From Candidatus Eiseniibacteriota bacterium (GTDB taxonomy: Bacteria; Eisenbacteria; RBG-16-71-46): a DNA stretch of 52,667 bases. The stretch covers positions 1 through 52,667 of the forward strand of contig JBGAOA010000031.1 in assembly GCA_044222065.1 (NCBI GenBank). The letters run 5' to 3'. The position numbers were made by a program, and so were the translations under genes. Numbering within the stretch: the stretch's first letter is position 1; each line of letters opens with the position of its first letter. The notes under the pieces were generated by a model. The model worked only from the letters and a program-made list of their open reading frames with translations, searched no databases and was not told where the DNA came from. Below, piece after piece: positions 29,203 to 39,237 of this stretch.

Positions 29203-31239
29203 ATGCACTCGATCGAACCCGCACGCCCGCTCGCCGGCGTGAACCTCGAGGCGCTCCCGTCGCCCGGCGCCGCCGTCGCCGCCTCGTCCGGCGCCGCTGC
29301 CGTGATCCGCGGCCGCGCGCTCATCTTCTGGGACCCGAAGGTGCCCGGGAAGAAGCTCGACGCGATCGACACCGACCAGATCACACCCGCCGCCGACTGC
29401 GTGAGCGAGAGCCTCGAGACGCTGGATGAGCGCTGGAAGGCGGGCTCGTTCCGCTACCTGATGCCCGACTTCCGCAAGCGCGTGCACGCGGGTGAGACGT
29501 TCGTGATCGCGGGCGACCGCTTCGCGATCGGTTCGTCGCGCGAGATGAGCCCGGCGGGGCTCAAGGGCGTCGCCGAGGAAGCGGGCCTCGAGATGGTCGT
29601 CGTGTGCGGGAACAACATGGGCGACATCTTCCGCCGCAACGCGCTCAACCTCGGGCTGCAGGTCGTGCAGAGCCCCGAGGCGGTCGCGGACGCGCAGGAG
29701 GGCGACGAGTTCACGTTCGATCCCCAGTCGCGCGCGCTCGCGAACGTGACGCGCGGCAAGACGTACGATCCGGTCGCACTCACCCCCAAGGAAGACGAGA
29801 TCCGCCGCACCGGCGGCATCTTCACGATCGGGCGGCGCGAGTTCCGCGAGTCCGCGCTCCGCAAACCGGACGTCGCGTGGGCCGACCCCGACACCGCGCG
29901 CCGCCTGACGACGACGGAGCAGATCGTGTGGGCGCACCGCGTGGACAAGAACGCGGAGCTCCGGCCGGGCGCGACGCTGCGCGTCTACGCCGATCTGCTG
30001 CCCGCGAGCGACGGCACGGCGCCGTTCTCGATCCACACGTTCAACCAGATCACGGGCGGGAACGCGATCTACCCGCGCCGGCTCGCGATCGCGAACGACC
30101 ACTTCGTCTTCACGGGCGTGGATGCGGACGACAAGCAGACCTCGATCGGGCGCGCGTTTGCGAAGCGCTTCGACATCCGGAAGCCGTACTACGCGACGCC
30201 GGGCGACGGCATCTTCCACTTCTACTTCCCCGAGCAGGGCCTCGTGCAGCCCGGCATGTTCATCCCCGGCGCCGACTCGCACTCGCGCGCGTACGGCGCG
30301 TACGGCGCGGTCGGCATGGGCGTGGGCTCGACGACGCTCGGCTTCGGCTGGTCCACGGGCTACGTCTACTTCACGGTTCCGAAGGCGCGGCGCGTCACGT
30401 TCGCGGGCGCGCTCAAGCCGTGGGTGAGCGGCAAGGACATCGTGCTCGAGCTGCTGCGCCGCTGGGGCGCGAAGCAGTCGCAGGGGATGAGCGTCGAATT
30501 CGTGGACGCGTCGATGCAGCTGCCGATCGCCTATCGCAACACGATCTGCAACATGATGGCCGAGGCCGAATCGCTGAACGGCATCTTCGCCGCCGACGAC
30601 GTGACGTACGAGTGGTACCGCTCGAAGGGCATGGCCGAGCTGCCGTACCCGCGCATCGCGCCGGGCGCGGACGCGCGCTACGAGATCGACGAGACGCTCG
30701 TGCTGTCGGACGTCGCGCCGATGATCGCGAAGCCGTTCAGCCCCGGGAACGCGTTCCCGGCCGACGAGGTCGCGAAGGAGCGCATCGCGTTCGACAAGGC
30801 GATGATCGGCTCGTGCACGAACGGCGGCTACGAGGACCTGCTGTCGGCGGCGCTCGTGCTCGCGGCCGCGCGCGCGAAGGGCGCGACAAAGGCCGCGAAG
30901 GAATTCGTGATCTTCCCGGGCTCGCGCGGCGTGGGCGAGGCGATCGAGCGTCCCGAGCCGCGCCTCGAGGGCGCGAGCATCGCCGACACGTTCCGCGGCG
31001 TCGGCGGCGTGATCCGCGAGTCGTGGTGCGGACCGTGTTTCGGGCAGGGCCGCGACGCGCTCGCGAAGGGCCAGAAGGCGATCACGAGCTTCAACCGCAA
31101 CTGGACGAACCGCATGGGCCTCGGCGGCGAGGGCTACCTCGCGAGTCCGTCGGTCGTCGCAGCGAGCGCGATGCTCGGCTACATGGGCCCGCCGAGCGAA
31201 CTCGGCCTCGCGTGGGAGGCGGAGCGCTTCGAGGTGTAG
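29203..31239 (+). CDS. Aconitase-family [4Fe-4S] dehydratase: LeuD-like swivel domain fused N-terminal to a LeuC-like domain
   Basis: IDTDQI, GSSRE, IFRRNALNLG; GADSHS, IGSCTNG, WCGPCFG, SFNRNW.NRMG, LASPSVVAASA. Confidence 0.88.
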   Translation: MHSIEPARPLAGVNLEALPSPGAAVAASSGAAAVIRGRALIFWDPKVPGKKLDAIDTDQITPAADCVSESLETLDERWKAGSFRYLMPDFRKRVHAGETFVIAGDRFAIGSSREMSPAGLKGVAEEAGLEMVVVCGNNMGDIFRRNALNLGLQVVQSPEAVADAQEGDEFTFDPQSRALANVTRGKTYDPVALTPKEDEIRRTGGIFTIGRREFRESALRKPDVAWADPDTARRLTTTEQIVWAHRVDKNAELRPGATLRVYADLLPASDGTAPFSIHTFNQITGGNAIYPRRLAIANDHFVFTGVDADDKQTSIGRAFAKRFDIRKPYYATPGDGIFHFYFPEQGLVQPGMFIPGADSHSRAYGAYGAVGMGVGSTTLGFGWSTGYVYFTVPKARRVTFAGALKPWVSGKDIVLELLRRWGAKQSQGMSVEFVDASMQLPIAYRNTICNMMAEAESLNGIFAADDVTYEWYRSKGMAELPYPRIAPGADARYEIDETLVLSDVAPMIAKPFSPGNAFPADEVAKERIAFDKAMIGSCTNGGYEDLLSAALVLAAARAKGATKAAKEFVIFPGSRGVGEAIERPEPRLEGASIADTFRGVGGVIRESWCGPCFGQGRDALAKGQKAITSFNRNWTNRMGLGGEGYLASPSVVAASAMLGYMGPPSELGLAWEAERFEV

Positions 31240-31323
31240 GCGGCGGCTCGCGGCGCGTGATTTCCGCGCCGCTCCGCCGGTCTCCGGAAGCGAGCACCCG
31301 CGGACCTTTCCCGGAGACCAGCG

Positions 31324-32283
31324 ATGACTCGACGCTCGTTCGCACTCGCGCTCCTCACGACGCTCGTCGCGTGGCGCGGCGATGCACACGCCACGACCGT
31401 CGTCTACGACGCGTCCCTCGGCACCCTGCCCAGCTCGCAGGGGTTCACGCTCGGGGAAGTCGAGCCGTCGAGTCCGGCGCCGTTCGTCTCGGGCGGTGTG
31501 CTGCACCAGGGGCCGACCACCGAGACCGGGCAGCAGTACTGGGACCGGTCGTCGGAATCGTTCGAGTTCTCGAACGGTTTCGTGTTCGAACTTCGCGGGA
31601 AGATCCTTCAGTCGACGTATGAGCTGCTGCTCCAGGACGGCAGCCAGCGCTCGGGTTTCTATCTCGAAGCGATCGACGCGACGGGCCATCGGCTGACGCT
31701 CGGATTCGGGGGCGGCGGACTCACGCTCAACACGGACGCCCCGCTGATGCCGGCGAACGGCATTCCGTTCCTTCCGGACCCCGCCCCGGCCACGACGGCG
31801 GACTACCGCGTCGTCACGCAATCGGGCCTCGCGACGCTGTTCGTGAACGGCCTGCCGCGGGGATCGACCGCGATCGAGCCCGCCGCCTTCGCGCCGGGCG
31901 CGAGCCGCATCCTGTTCGGCGATCTCACGAGCGCCGGGGGATCGCAGGTCGAGATCGAGAGCGTGCGAGTCGTCTTCCCGCTCCCCGCCGCCGACGTCGC
32001 CGGCTCGGACGACCGGGTCCTGCCGACGTTGCGCGCCCTCGCGGCCGCGACGCCCGGCACCGCCGAGTTCGCGCTCGAGGGCTTCGGCGAAGAAGCGCCG
32101 CGACTGCGCGTCTTCGATGCCGCCGGCCGGCGCGTGCGAGCGCTCGAGGCGGGAGCGGGCTCGACGCGCATCCGGTGGGATGGCCGCGACGCGGCGGGAC
32201 GCGCGTGCGCCGCGGGGCTCTACTTCGCCGCGGCCGAAGCGGGCGCGGGGCGCGCGGCCGCCCGGGTGGCGCTGACGCGCTAG
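31324..32283 (+). CDS. Secreted protein with FlgD-Ig-like C-terminal domain
   Basis: Signal peptide; RVFDAAGRRVRAL...WDGRDAAG...GLYF. Confidence 0.78.
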   Translation: MTRRSFALALLTTLVAWRGDAHATTVVYDASLGTLPSSQGFTLGEVEPSSPAPFVSGGVLHQGPTTETGQQYWDRSSESFEFSNGFVFELRGKILQSTYELLLQDGSQRSGFYLEAIDATGHRLTLGFGGGGLTLNTDAPLMPANGIPFLPDPAPATTADYRVVTQSGLATLFVNGLPRGSTAIEPAAFAPGASRILFGDLTSAGGSQVEIESVRVVFPLPAADVAGSDDRVLPTLRALAAATPGTAEFALEGFGEEAPRLRVFDAAGRRVRALEAGAGSTRIRWDGRDAAGRACAAGLYFAAAEAGAGRAAARVALTR

Positions 32284-32451
32284 CGTTCGCGGCGCCTTTC
32301 CGGACGCAGGCGCTGCCGCGCGGCCACCCCCGCGCATCCGCGAATTCGCCGCGCCCGTCGCGCCGATTCGTCGCACGCGCGGCGCGCGCGTAGGATGCGT
32401 GCCGCATTTCCCCCCCGCACGTTCCACGCACACTTCCCGGAAGGTCCAGGC

Positions 32452-34506
32452 ATGTTCCGTCGATCGAGTTTCCACACCCTCCCCGTGCTCGCCGCCGTCG
32501 CGCTCGCCGCGCTCGCGCCGGGCGCGTTCGCCGCGACGCCGCTCCCGCCCGACAAGGATCCGCTCGTCAGGAACAGGGACGCGTCGGTCCGCCCGGGCGA
32601 CGACTTCTTCAAGTACGCCTGCGGCGGCTGGCTCAAGCAGAACCCCATTCCCGCTTCCGAGCGCGGCTGGGGCATCGGGAACCTCGTCAACGAAGAGACG
32701 TACCGCCAGTGCATCGAGATCTGCGAGACGGCGGCGGCGGCGAAGGCCGCTCGCGGCACGAGCGAGCAGAAGGTCGGCGACTTCTGGGCCGCCGGCATGG
32801 ACTCGGCGAACGCCGAGAAGCTCGGCGTGAAGCCGCTCGCGCCCTACCTCGACCGCATCGCGAAGCTCGAGTCGCGCGCCGAACTGCTCGACCTCGCCGG
32901 CGAGTACCACGTGTACGGATTCCGCCCGCTGTACGCGGCCGTCATCTGGCAGGACGAACGGAACAGCGAGAAGTACGTCGTCCACCTGCTGCAGGGCGGC
33001 ATCCGCCTGCCGGATCGCGACTACTACTTCGGCACCGACGCGAACACGGTCCGCATTCGCGAGGCGTACCAGAAGCACGTCGCCGCGATGTTCCGGCTGC
33101 TCGGCGACGACGCGAAGGCGGCGGAGCGCGCGAGCGCTACGGTGTTCCGCATCGAGCGCGAGCTGGCCGCGCGCTCGCGCACGCTCGAAGAGCGCCGCGA
33201 TCCGTGGGCGAACTACCACAAGATGTCCGCGGCCGAGCTGCAGAAGCTCACGCCGACCATCGCCTGGAGCCGCCAGTTCGAGACGATGGGCTTCGGACCC
33301 ATCGACACGGTCATCGTCGGTCAGCCCGAGTTCTACGCGAAGCTCGACTCGTGCCTGAAGGCGTATCCGCTCGAGGACTGGAAGACGCTGTTGCGCTGGA
33401 ACGTGCTCAACAGCATGGCGAACCGGCTCAGTTCGCCGTTCGAGCTCGAGAGCTTTCACTTCTACGGCACCGTCATGTCCGGCATTCCGACGCCGCGCCC
33501 GCGCTGGAAGCGCGTCCTCGACGCCGAGGAGGACGGCATCGGCGAACTGCTCGGGCAGGTGTGGGTGAAGAAGTACTGCTCGCCCGCGACGAAGGCGCGC
33601 TACGAGAAGCTCGTGCAGGACATCTTCGCCGTGTATCGCGACCGCATTCGCGCGCTGCCGTGGATGACCGAAGCGACGAAGCAGAAGGCGCTCGCGAAGC
33701 TCGACCGCGTGACGGCGAAGGTCGCGTACCCGGACCACTGGCGCGACTTCTCGGCGCTCGAAATCGGCCGCTCGTCGTACGCCGCGAATCAGGTGAACGT
33801 GAACGCGTGGTGGTGGAAGCACGAGGCGTCGAAGCTCGGCAAGCCGATCGACCGCACGCTGTGGGACATGACGCCGCAGACGTACAACGCCTACTACGAC
33901 GGCTCGAAGGTCGAGATCGTGCTGCCGGCGGCGGCGTTCATGCTGCCGGGCCTGCCGGACGAAATGGTGGACGACGCGATCCTGTACTCGTACGCGGGCG
34001 GTTCGACGATCGGCCACGAGATCACGCACGGCTTCGACGACGAGGGCCGGCAGTTCGACGCGCAGGGCAACATGAACCCGTGGTGGAGCGACCAGGACTC
34101 CACGCAGTTCGCGGCGCGCGCGGACAAGCTCGTCGCCCAGTTCGACGGATACGTGATCGGCGAGAAGCACGTGCGCGGACGCGCGACGCTGGGCGAGAAC
34201 ATCGCCGACCTCGGCGGCGTCGTGCTCGGCTACGAGGCGTTCAAGAAGACCGAGCAGTGGAAGAAGGGCGAGAAGCTCAACGGACTCACGCCCGACCAGC
34301 GCTACTTCCTCGGCTACGCGCTGTCGTGGCTCGGCCAGCGCCGCCCCGAGGCGCTCCAGCAGCAGATCATGACCGACGTGCACGCGCCCGGATTCCTGCG
34401 CGTGAACGGGCCGGTCGCGAACGTGCCGGCGTTCTACGAGGCGTTCGGCATCCAGCCCGGGGACGCGATGTACCGCGGTGACGACGTGCGCGTCGCGATC
34501 TGGTAG
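32452..34506 (+). CDS. M13 family (neprilysin/PepO) metallopeptidase, secreted
   Basis: PGDDFFKYACGGW, IGHEITHGFDDEG, TLGENIADLGG, DVHAP...RVNG. Confidence 0.95.
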   Translation: MFRRSSFHTLPVLAAVALAALAPGAFAATPLPPDKDPLVRNRDASVRPGDDFFKYACGGWLKQNPIPASERGWGIGNLVNEETYRQCIEICETAAAAKAARGTSEQKVGDFWAAGMDSANAEKLGVKPLAPYLDRIAKLESRAELLDLAGEYHVYGFRPLYAAVIWQDERNSEKYVVHLLQGGIRLPDRDYYFGTDANTVRIREAYQKHVAAMFRLLGDDAKAAERASATVFRIERELAARSRTLEERRDPWANYHKMSAAELQKLTPTIAWSRQFETMGFGPIDTVIVGQPEFYAKLDSCLKAYPLEDWKTLLRWNVLNSMANRLSSPFELESFHFYGTVMSGIPTPRPRWKRVLDAEEDGIGELLGQVWVKKYCSPATKARYEKLVQDIFAVYRDRIRALPWMTEATKQKALAKLDRVTAKVAYPDHWRDFSALEIGRSSYAANQVNVNAWWWKHEASKLGKPIDRTLWDMTPQTYNAYYDGSKVEIVLPAAAFMLPGLPDEMVDDAILYSYAGGSTIGHEITHGFDDEGRQFDAQGNMNPWWSDQDSTQFAARADKLVAQFDGYVIGEKHVRGRATLGENIADLGGVVLGYEAFKKTEQWKKGEKLNGLTPDQRYFLGYALSWLGQRRPEALQQQIMTDVHAPGFLRVNGPVANVPAFYEAFGIQPGDAMYRGDDVRVAIW

Positions 34507-34522
34507 CGCGCACCGCGAAACG

Positions 34523-34557
34523 ACGAGCCCGGCGGCCGCGAAGGCCGCCGGGCTCGT
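34523..34557. terminator. Hairpin terminator between convergent genes
   Basis: 15-bp perfect stem acgagcccggcggcc/ggccgccgggctcgt. Confidence 0.6.
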
Positions 34558-34576
34558 TCGTTCCGGGACCGCTCGC

Positions 34577-35422
34577 TCAGCGCTCGAGCACGATGCGCCG
34601 CGATTCGCGCGCACCGGGGAGGTCGAGCCGCAGGTAATAGACGCCGGCGCGGGCCAGCGTCCCGGCGGCGGTGCGGCCGTCCCACGCGCCGCCGTGGACA
34701 CCGGCGGCGAGTTCGCGGTCGAACGCGACCGCGACGCGTCGGCCCGAAGCGTCGAACACTTCGGCGCGGCCGCGACCCGCGACGGCGACCGCGAAGCGGA
34801 ACGTCACGACATCACGCGTGGGGTTCGGCGAGGGCGCGCCGACGAAGCCCGTGCGCGCGGCGAGCGGGCCGTCCGCGACGTCGACCGTGGCGTCGGTCAC
34901 CTTCACGAAGCCGCGCATGTTGAAGAACTGGCCGTGCGGGCGGCAGTGGTACGGATAGAGCCCGGGTGTCGGGAAGTCGACCTGGAACTCGGTCTCGCTC
35001 GGGGTGATCGGTGCGTCCCACAGCGAGCCGGCATTCAAGTCGCCGGGGTTCCCGCTCGTCGTCGTGTGGAAGCCGTCCGAGAACTTGAACAGCACGCTTT
35101 CGCCGGTGTGGATCTTGACCGTGTCCACCTGCGTTCCCGCGCTGCCGTCGGTGTCGAACCGGAAGCTGATCACGAGTACCGTGTCGGCGGCGGGCGGTGC
35201 GTTGATGACGCCGCCGTGCGCGGGATTCGACGCGTACCATTGCGCGACCTCGCGGCGCATCACGGCCGGGTCCATCGCGTGGCCGTGTTCGACGTAGGCT
35301 TCGTTCGTGGCGTGCGACTTCGAAGTGTCCGCGCGCCGGGCGAGCGCGACGAGTCCGGCGATGGCGACGAGGACGACGAACGACGCGGACAGCGGGCGGG
35401 CGAGGCGGTGCAAGGCCGGCAT
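34577..35422 (-). CDS. Secreted cupredoxin (type-1 Cu) with FlgD-Ig-like C-terminal domain
   Basis: GFHTTT...YPYHCRPHGQFFNMRG (His, Cys, His, Met ligands); PSPNP...WDGR...GVYYLRL. Confidence 0.85.
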   Translation of the reverse strand: MPALHRLARPLSASFVVLVAIAGLVALARRADTSKSHATNEAYVEHGHAMDPAVMRREVAQWYASNPAHGGVINAPPAADTVLVISFRFDTDGSAGTQVDTVKIHTGESVLFKFSDGFHTTTSGNPGDLNAGSLWDAPITPSETEFQVDFPTPGLYPYHCRPHGQFFNMRGFVKVTDATVDVADGPLAARTGFVGAPSPNPTRDVVTFRFAVAVAGRGRAEVFDASGRRVAVAFDRELAAGVHGGAWDGRTAAGTLARAGVYYLRLDLPGARESRRIVLER

Positions 35423-35684
35423 GAGGGACCTCGGCGGGTTCGGCTCCGCAGCGACGGAGGGGGAGGATCGGTGAGCGAGTGGACAGCGTAAGAACCTCGG
35501 CGCGCTGGCCGAAGGATTTCCGCGCGAGCGCGAGTCGCGCGGAGCGAATTCGCGCCGCGTGTTTCGTGCGGGCGAACGCGGCGCTCGCCCGGACGCCCGC
35601 GGCGCCGGCCGCGTGCGCGGCGCGGAGGCTCCGCTGGCACGAGCCGGCGTCCGTGCGTCGTCGCGCCGGCGCGGAGGCGGGCGC

Positions 35685-37340
35685 GTGAGCCGCCGTCGCG
35701 CCGCGGCCGCGACCACGCCTCGCGCGACCGCAGCCCACGCGTGGACGACGCGCCGATTCGTCTCGATCGCCGGCCTCGTCGCGGCGGCGCTCGTCGCGAT
35801 CGGTTACGGGCGCACGCTCGGCTTCCCGTTCCAGTTCGACGACTTCGACTGGATCCGGGACAACGCCGCGCTCGGTCCGCCGCTCGACCCGGGGGCGATC
35901 TGGCGCTTCCGGCCGTCGCGCTTCGTGCCCGACCTGTCGTTCGCGCTGCAGATCGCGGCGTGGGGCCGCGACGTGTCGGCGCTGCGGCTCGCGAACCTCG
36001 CGATCCACGTGCTCGCGAGTGTGCTCGCGGGCGCGTGCGCGCGCGCGATCGGGCGGCAGACCTCGCCGGGCGCGACGCGCCGCGCCGACGTGGCCGGACT
36101 GCTCGCCGCGGGGCTGTTCGCGGCGCATCCGCTGGCGACGCAGGCCGTGACGTACGTCACGCAGCGCATCACCTCGCTCACGGCCGTGCTCGAGCTGGCC
36201 TGCCTCGCGGCGTTCCTGAGCGCGCGGGCGAGCGGCTCGCGCCGCGCGTGGAGCGCGACGTGGGCGTTCGGCTTCGCCGCGGCGCTCGGCAAGGAGATGG
36301 CGGCGGCGCTGCCGCTCGCGCTCGCGGCGATCGAGTGGGTGCTCCGGCGCGCGGGGGCCGCCGGTCGCGCGCCGTGGCCGCGGCCCCTGCCGCTCGCGCT
36401 CGTGCCGGTGCTGTGCGCCGTGCTCGCGCGCGCGCCGCTCGGGCCCGAGGCGCGCGTCGCCTCCGCGTTCGCCGAGACCGGCGACCTCACACGCACCGAG
36501 TACGCGCTCACGCAGTGCGTCGTCGTGCCGCGCTACGCCGCCCTGTTCGCGTGGCCGCGCGGCCAGCAGCTCGATCCGTGGATCGCGCCGCGCCGCGCTC
36601 CCGATGTGGCGGTGCTCGCCGGCGCGGCCGCGCTCCTGCTCGCGCTCGCCGCCGCCCTCGCGGGCGCGCGCGGCGCCGCCTCGCTGCGTCCGGCGCGCTG
36701 TGGTTCCTCGCCACGATCGCGCCCGAGTCGAGCGTCGTGCCGATTCGGGACCTCGCGAACGAGCACCGCGCGTACTTGCCGATGGCGGGCTTCCGCGTGG
36801 ACCGCCGCGGCGGCGCTCGCCGCGTCCGGCGCCCGCGGCGGTCCGCGTCGGCGCGCCGTTGCCGCGATCGCGGCGATCGCGATCGTGCTCGCGCTCGCGT
36901 TCGCGACCCGCGCCCGCAACGAGGTCTGGCGCAGCGGACGCGCGCTCTGGGGCGACACCGTCGCGCGCTCGCCGCGCTCGGCCCGCGCGCAGAACAACTA
37001 CGGTCTCGCGCTCGCCGAGGACGGCGACCCGGCCGGGGCCGAGGCCGCGTTCCGCGCCGCGATCGCCGCCGAGCCGCGGCACCTCGCCGCACGCGCGAAC
37101 CTCGGCATGCTCTACGGCCGCGCCGGCCGGCTCGACGAAGCGATCGCGATCCTCGAGGAGGGCCGCCGCTACGGGCCCGGCGACCCGCGGCTCAACTCGA
37201 ACCTCGGCGTCGCCTACTGGCAGCGCGGCGACACCGCGCGCGCCGCCGCAGCGTTCGAGCGCGCGCTCGCAACCGATCCGGCCGAGCGCGGCGCGCGCTC
37301 GAATCTGAACCGGCTGCGCCTCGGGCTGCCGCCGCGCTGA
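35685..37340 (+). CDS. TMTC-like (GT-C) membrane protein with C-terminal TPRs; compensated double frameshift at about 36690-36800
   Basis: FQFDDFDWIRDN, FRP, NLAIH, FAAHPLATQAVTYVTQR, GKE; NEHRAYLPM lies in an alternate frame; RNEVW..LW, NNYG TPRs. Confidence 0.78.
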   Translation: MSRRRAAAATTPRATAAHAWTTRRFVSIAGLVAAALVAIGYGRTLGFPFQFDDFDWIRDNAALGPPLDPGAIWRFRPSRFVPDLSFALQIAAWGRDVSALRLANLAIHVLASVLAGACARAIGRQTSPGATRRADVAGLLAAGLFAAHPLATQAVTYVTQRITSLTAVLELACLAAFLSARASGSRRAWSATWAFGFAAALGKEMAAALPLALAAIEWVLRRAGAAGRAPWPRPLPLALVPVLCAVLARAPLGPEARVASAFAETGDLTRTEYALTQCVVVPRYAALFAWPRGQQLDPWIAPRRAPDVAVLAGAAALLLALAAALAGARGAASLRPARCGSSPRSRPSRASCRFGTSRTSTARTCRWRASAWTAAAALAASGARGGPRRRAVAAIAAIAIVLALAFATRARNEVWRSGRALWGDTVARSPRSARAQNNYGLALAEDGDPAGAEAAFRAAIAAEPRHLAARANLGMLYGRAGRLDEAIAILEEGRRYGPGDPRLNSNLGVAYWQRGDTARAAAAFERALATDPAERGARSNLNRLRLGLPPR

Positions 37341-37474
37341 CGCGCTGCCCGCGCGCGTCGTGGCGCGAAATGGCCGGAAACCGCGTCGCGCCTCGGCCAT
37401 CCGAAGACACGTTTCCCGATCCGCGCCGCGGGTCCCGATCGAATTCCCGGCCTCACCTCCGACGAGGAACCCCC

Positions 37475-38047
37475 ATGCGACTCCTGTCGTTCGCACTCGC
37501 TGCCGTCCTGTGCCTCGCTGCCGCGCCGTCGTTCGCTTCGTTCGGAGGCGGGAAGAAGTCGGACGCCCCGGCCTCGACCGATACGCCCCAGGAGAAGGCC
37601 GCGCTCACGCCGCGCCAGGAGGCCGAGCGCTGGTACTCGGACGCGTTCGAGGAAGTGACGAAGGCCAAGAAGGACGCCGCCGAGGGCAAGACCAAGGGTG
37701 TCGAGAAGCGCTGGCAGAAGGCGCTCGATCGCGGGCTGCGCGCGACCGAACTCGACCCGAAGTACCACGAGGCGTGGAATCTCGTGGGCTACACGTCGCG
37801 CATGCTGGGCAAGTTCGACGCGTCGGTGGACGCGTACCTCAAGTCGATCGCGCTCAAGCCCGACTACGCCGCGGCGCGCGAGTACCTCGGCGAGAGCTAC
37901 GTCGAGCTGGGCAAGCTCGCCGAGGCGAAGGAGCAGCTCGCGTGGCTCGACAAGCTGAACGCCTCCGAGGACGCGAAAACGCTGCGCGCCGCGATCGAGG
38001 CGAAGGAAGCGAAGTCGCCGGCCGCGAGCGAAGGCGACTCGAAGTAA
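37475..38047 (+). CDS. Secreted TPR protein
   Basis: Signal peptide; DPKYHEAWNLVGY, KPDYAAAREYLGESY. Confidence 0.85.
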   Translation: MRLLSFALAAVLCLAAAPSFASFGGGKKSDAPASTDTPQEKAALTPRQEAERWYSDAFEEVTKAKKDAAEGKTKGVEKRWQKALDRGLRATELDPKYHEAWNLVGYTSRMLGKFDASVDAYLKSIALKPDYAAAREYLGESYVELGKLAEAKEQLAWLDKLNASEDAKTLRAAIEAKEAKSPAASEGDSK

Positions 38048-38226
38048 GGCGCGCCCCGGGCGGCCTCCGGCCCACGCGGCCGGAGGCCGTTCGGCTTCGA
38101 CGCGAATTCGGTCTTGTGGGGGGCCGGCGCGCCTTCGATACTGCGCCTCGCCGCAGGCCGATCCCACCTCGCCGTGCGGCTCCCGAGACTTCCGACCGCC
38201 CCGTCCGAAGGAAGGAGAGCCTGCCG

Positions 38227-39141
38227 ATGGCCCCGCTGTCCGCGACGTTCTTCGAAGGCGTGCGCGACTTCGCGCAGGGCATCAACTCGATGGCGCCCGA
38301 CCTCGTGTTCGGGCCCAGGCCCGGCAGCGGGCTCGGCCTCTACCACTACACCGACCTCGGTGCGCTCAGCGGCATCGTGCAGTCGAACGACCTGTGGCTG
38401 ACGCACGCGCGCTACTCGAACGACGAGGACGAGAGCGTCTACGGCGAACGACTCGCGCGCGAGCGCGTGCAGGCCTGGACGTCGAACACCGCCGGCGCCG
38501 ACGCCTTCCGCGACGCCGTGCTCGCGGCGCTCGACGACGCGGAGGGCAGCGAGGCGTACGTGTGCTGCTTCTGCGAGCAGGACAATCTGCTCGGACACTG
38601 GCGCGCGTACGGAGCGAACGGCACCGGCGTGAGCCTCGGATTCGTCACCGACGGCTTCGCGCGCTACACGGAGGAGGCGGAAGCGCGCGGGCTCGTGCTG
38701 CGGCTCTGGAAGGTGTTCTACGAGCGCAAGACGCAGGAGCGCATCGTCGAGCGTGCGATGACGTTCTCGTTCGCGGAACAGTGGCGCGCCCAGGATCCGG
38801 CCGAGAAGGCGCTGCTCGCTCGCGACCTGCTGCGGTTCTTCATTCCGACCTTCAAGAACCCGGACTTCGCCGAAGAGCGCGAGTACCGGCTGATCCTGTC
38901 GCCGACGGGGCCGAACGCCCTGCCGCCGCGCTACCGAACCGGGCGCGGCATGCTCGTGCCGTACCACGTGCTGTCCTCGGTGCTCGCGAACCCCGCCACG
39001 TCGCTGCTGCCGATCCGTTCCGTCCGCGTCGGCCCCGGGCCGCGCAAGCTCGAGAACGCCCGCAGCGTCGAGATGCTGCTGCGTCAGTCGCGCGCCGACG
39101 CGGTCGCGGTCCACGCCTCGGACACGCCGTACCGCGGCTGA
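38227..39141 (+). CDS. DUF2971 domain protein
   Basis: LYHYT, LWLT....NDEDE, CFC...DNLLGHWRAYG..GVSLGF, K..F.EEREYR, VGP; AAGGAG SD. Confidence 0.82.
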   Translation: MAPLSATFFEGVRDFAQGINSMAPDLVFGPRPGSGLGLYHYTDLGALSGIVQSNDLWLTHARYSNDEDESVYGERLARERVQAWTSNTAGADAFRDAVLAALDDAEGSEAYVCCFCEQDNLLGHWRAYGANGTGVSLGFVTDGFARYTEEAEARGLVLRLWKVFYERKTQERIVERAMTFSFAEQWRAQDPAEKALLARDLLRFFIPTFKNPDFAEEREYRLILSPTGPNALPPRYRTGRGMLVPYHVLSSVLANPATSLLPIRSVRVGPGPRKLENARSVEMLLRQSRADAVAVHASDTPYRG

Positions 39142-39170
39142 CGGCGCCGCGGCTCCGCGCGGAAAGCGAA

Positions 39171-39198
39171 GGCCCCCGGTCCGTGAGGACCGGGGGCC
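39171..39198. terminator. Hairpin terminator between convergent genes
   Basis: 12-bp stem ggcccccggtcc-gtga-ggaccgggggcc. Confidence 0.6.
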
Positions 39199-39237
39199 GC
39201 ATCGCGCGGGCGAGCGAAGGAGTCCGCGCGAACGAGC

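Noticed and set aside
29098..34701. Very long ORFs such as 29098..34701(-), 11098..14886(+), 2461..5382(+), 10676..14056(-) and 48489..51659(+)
   Set aside because: Arg/Ala/Gly-rich shadow frames of real genes, expected in very GC-rich DNA with few stop codons
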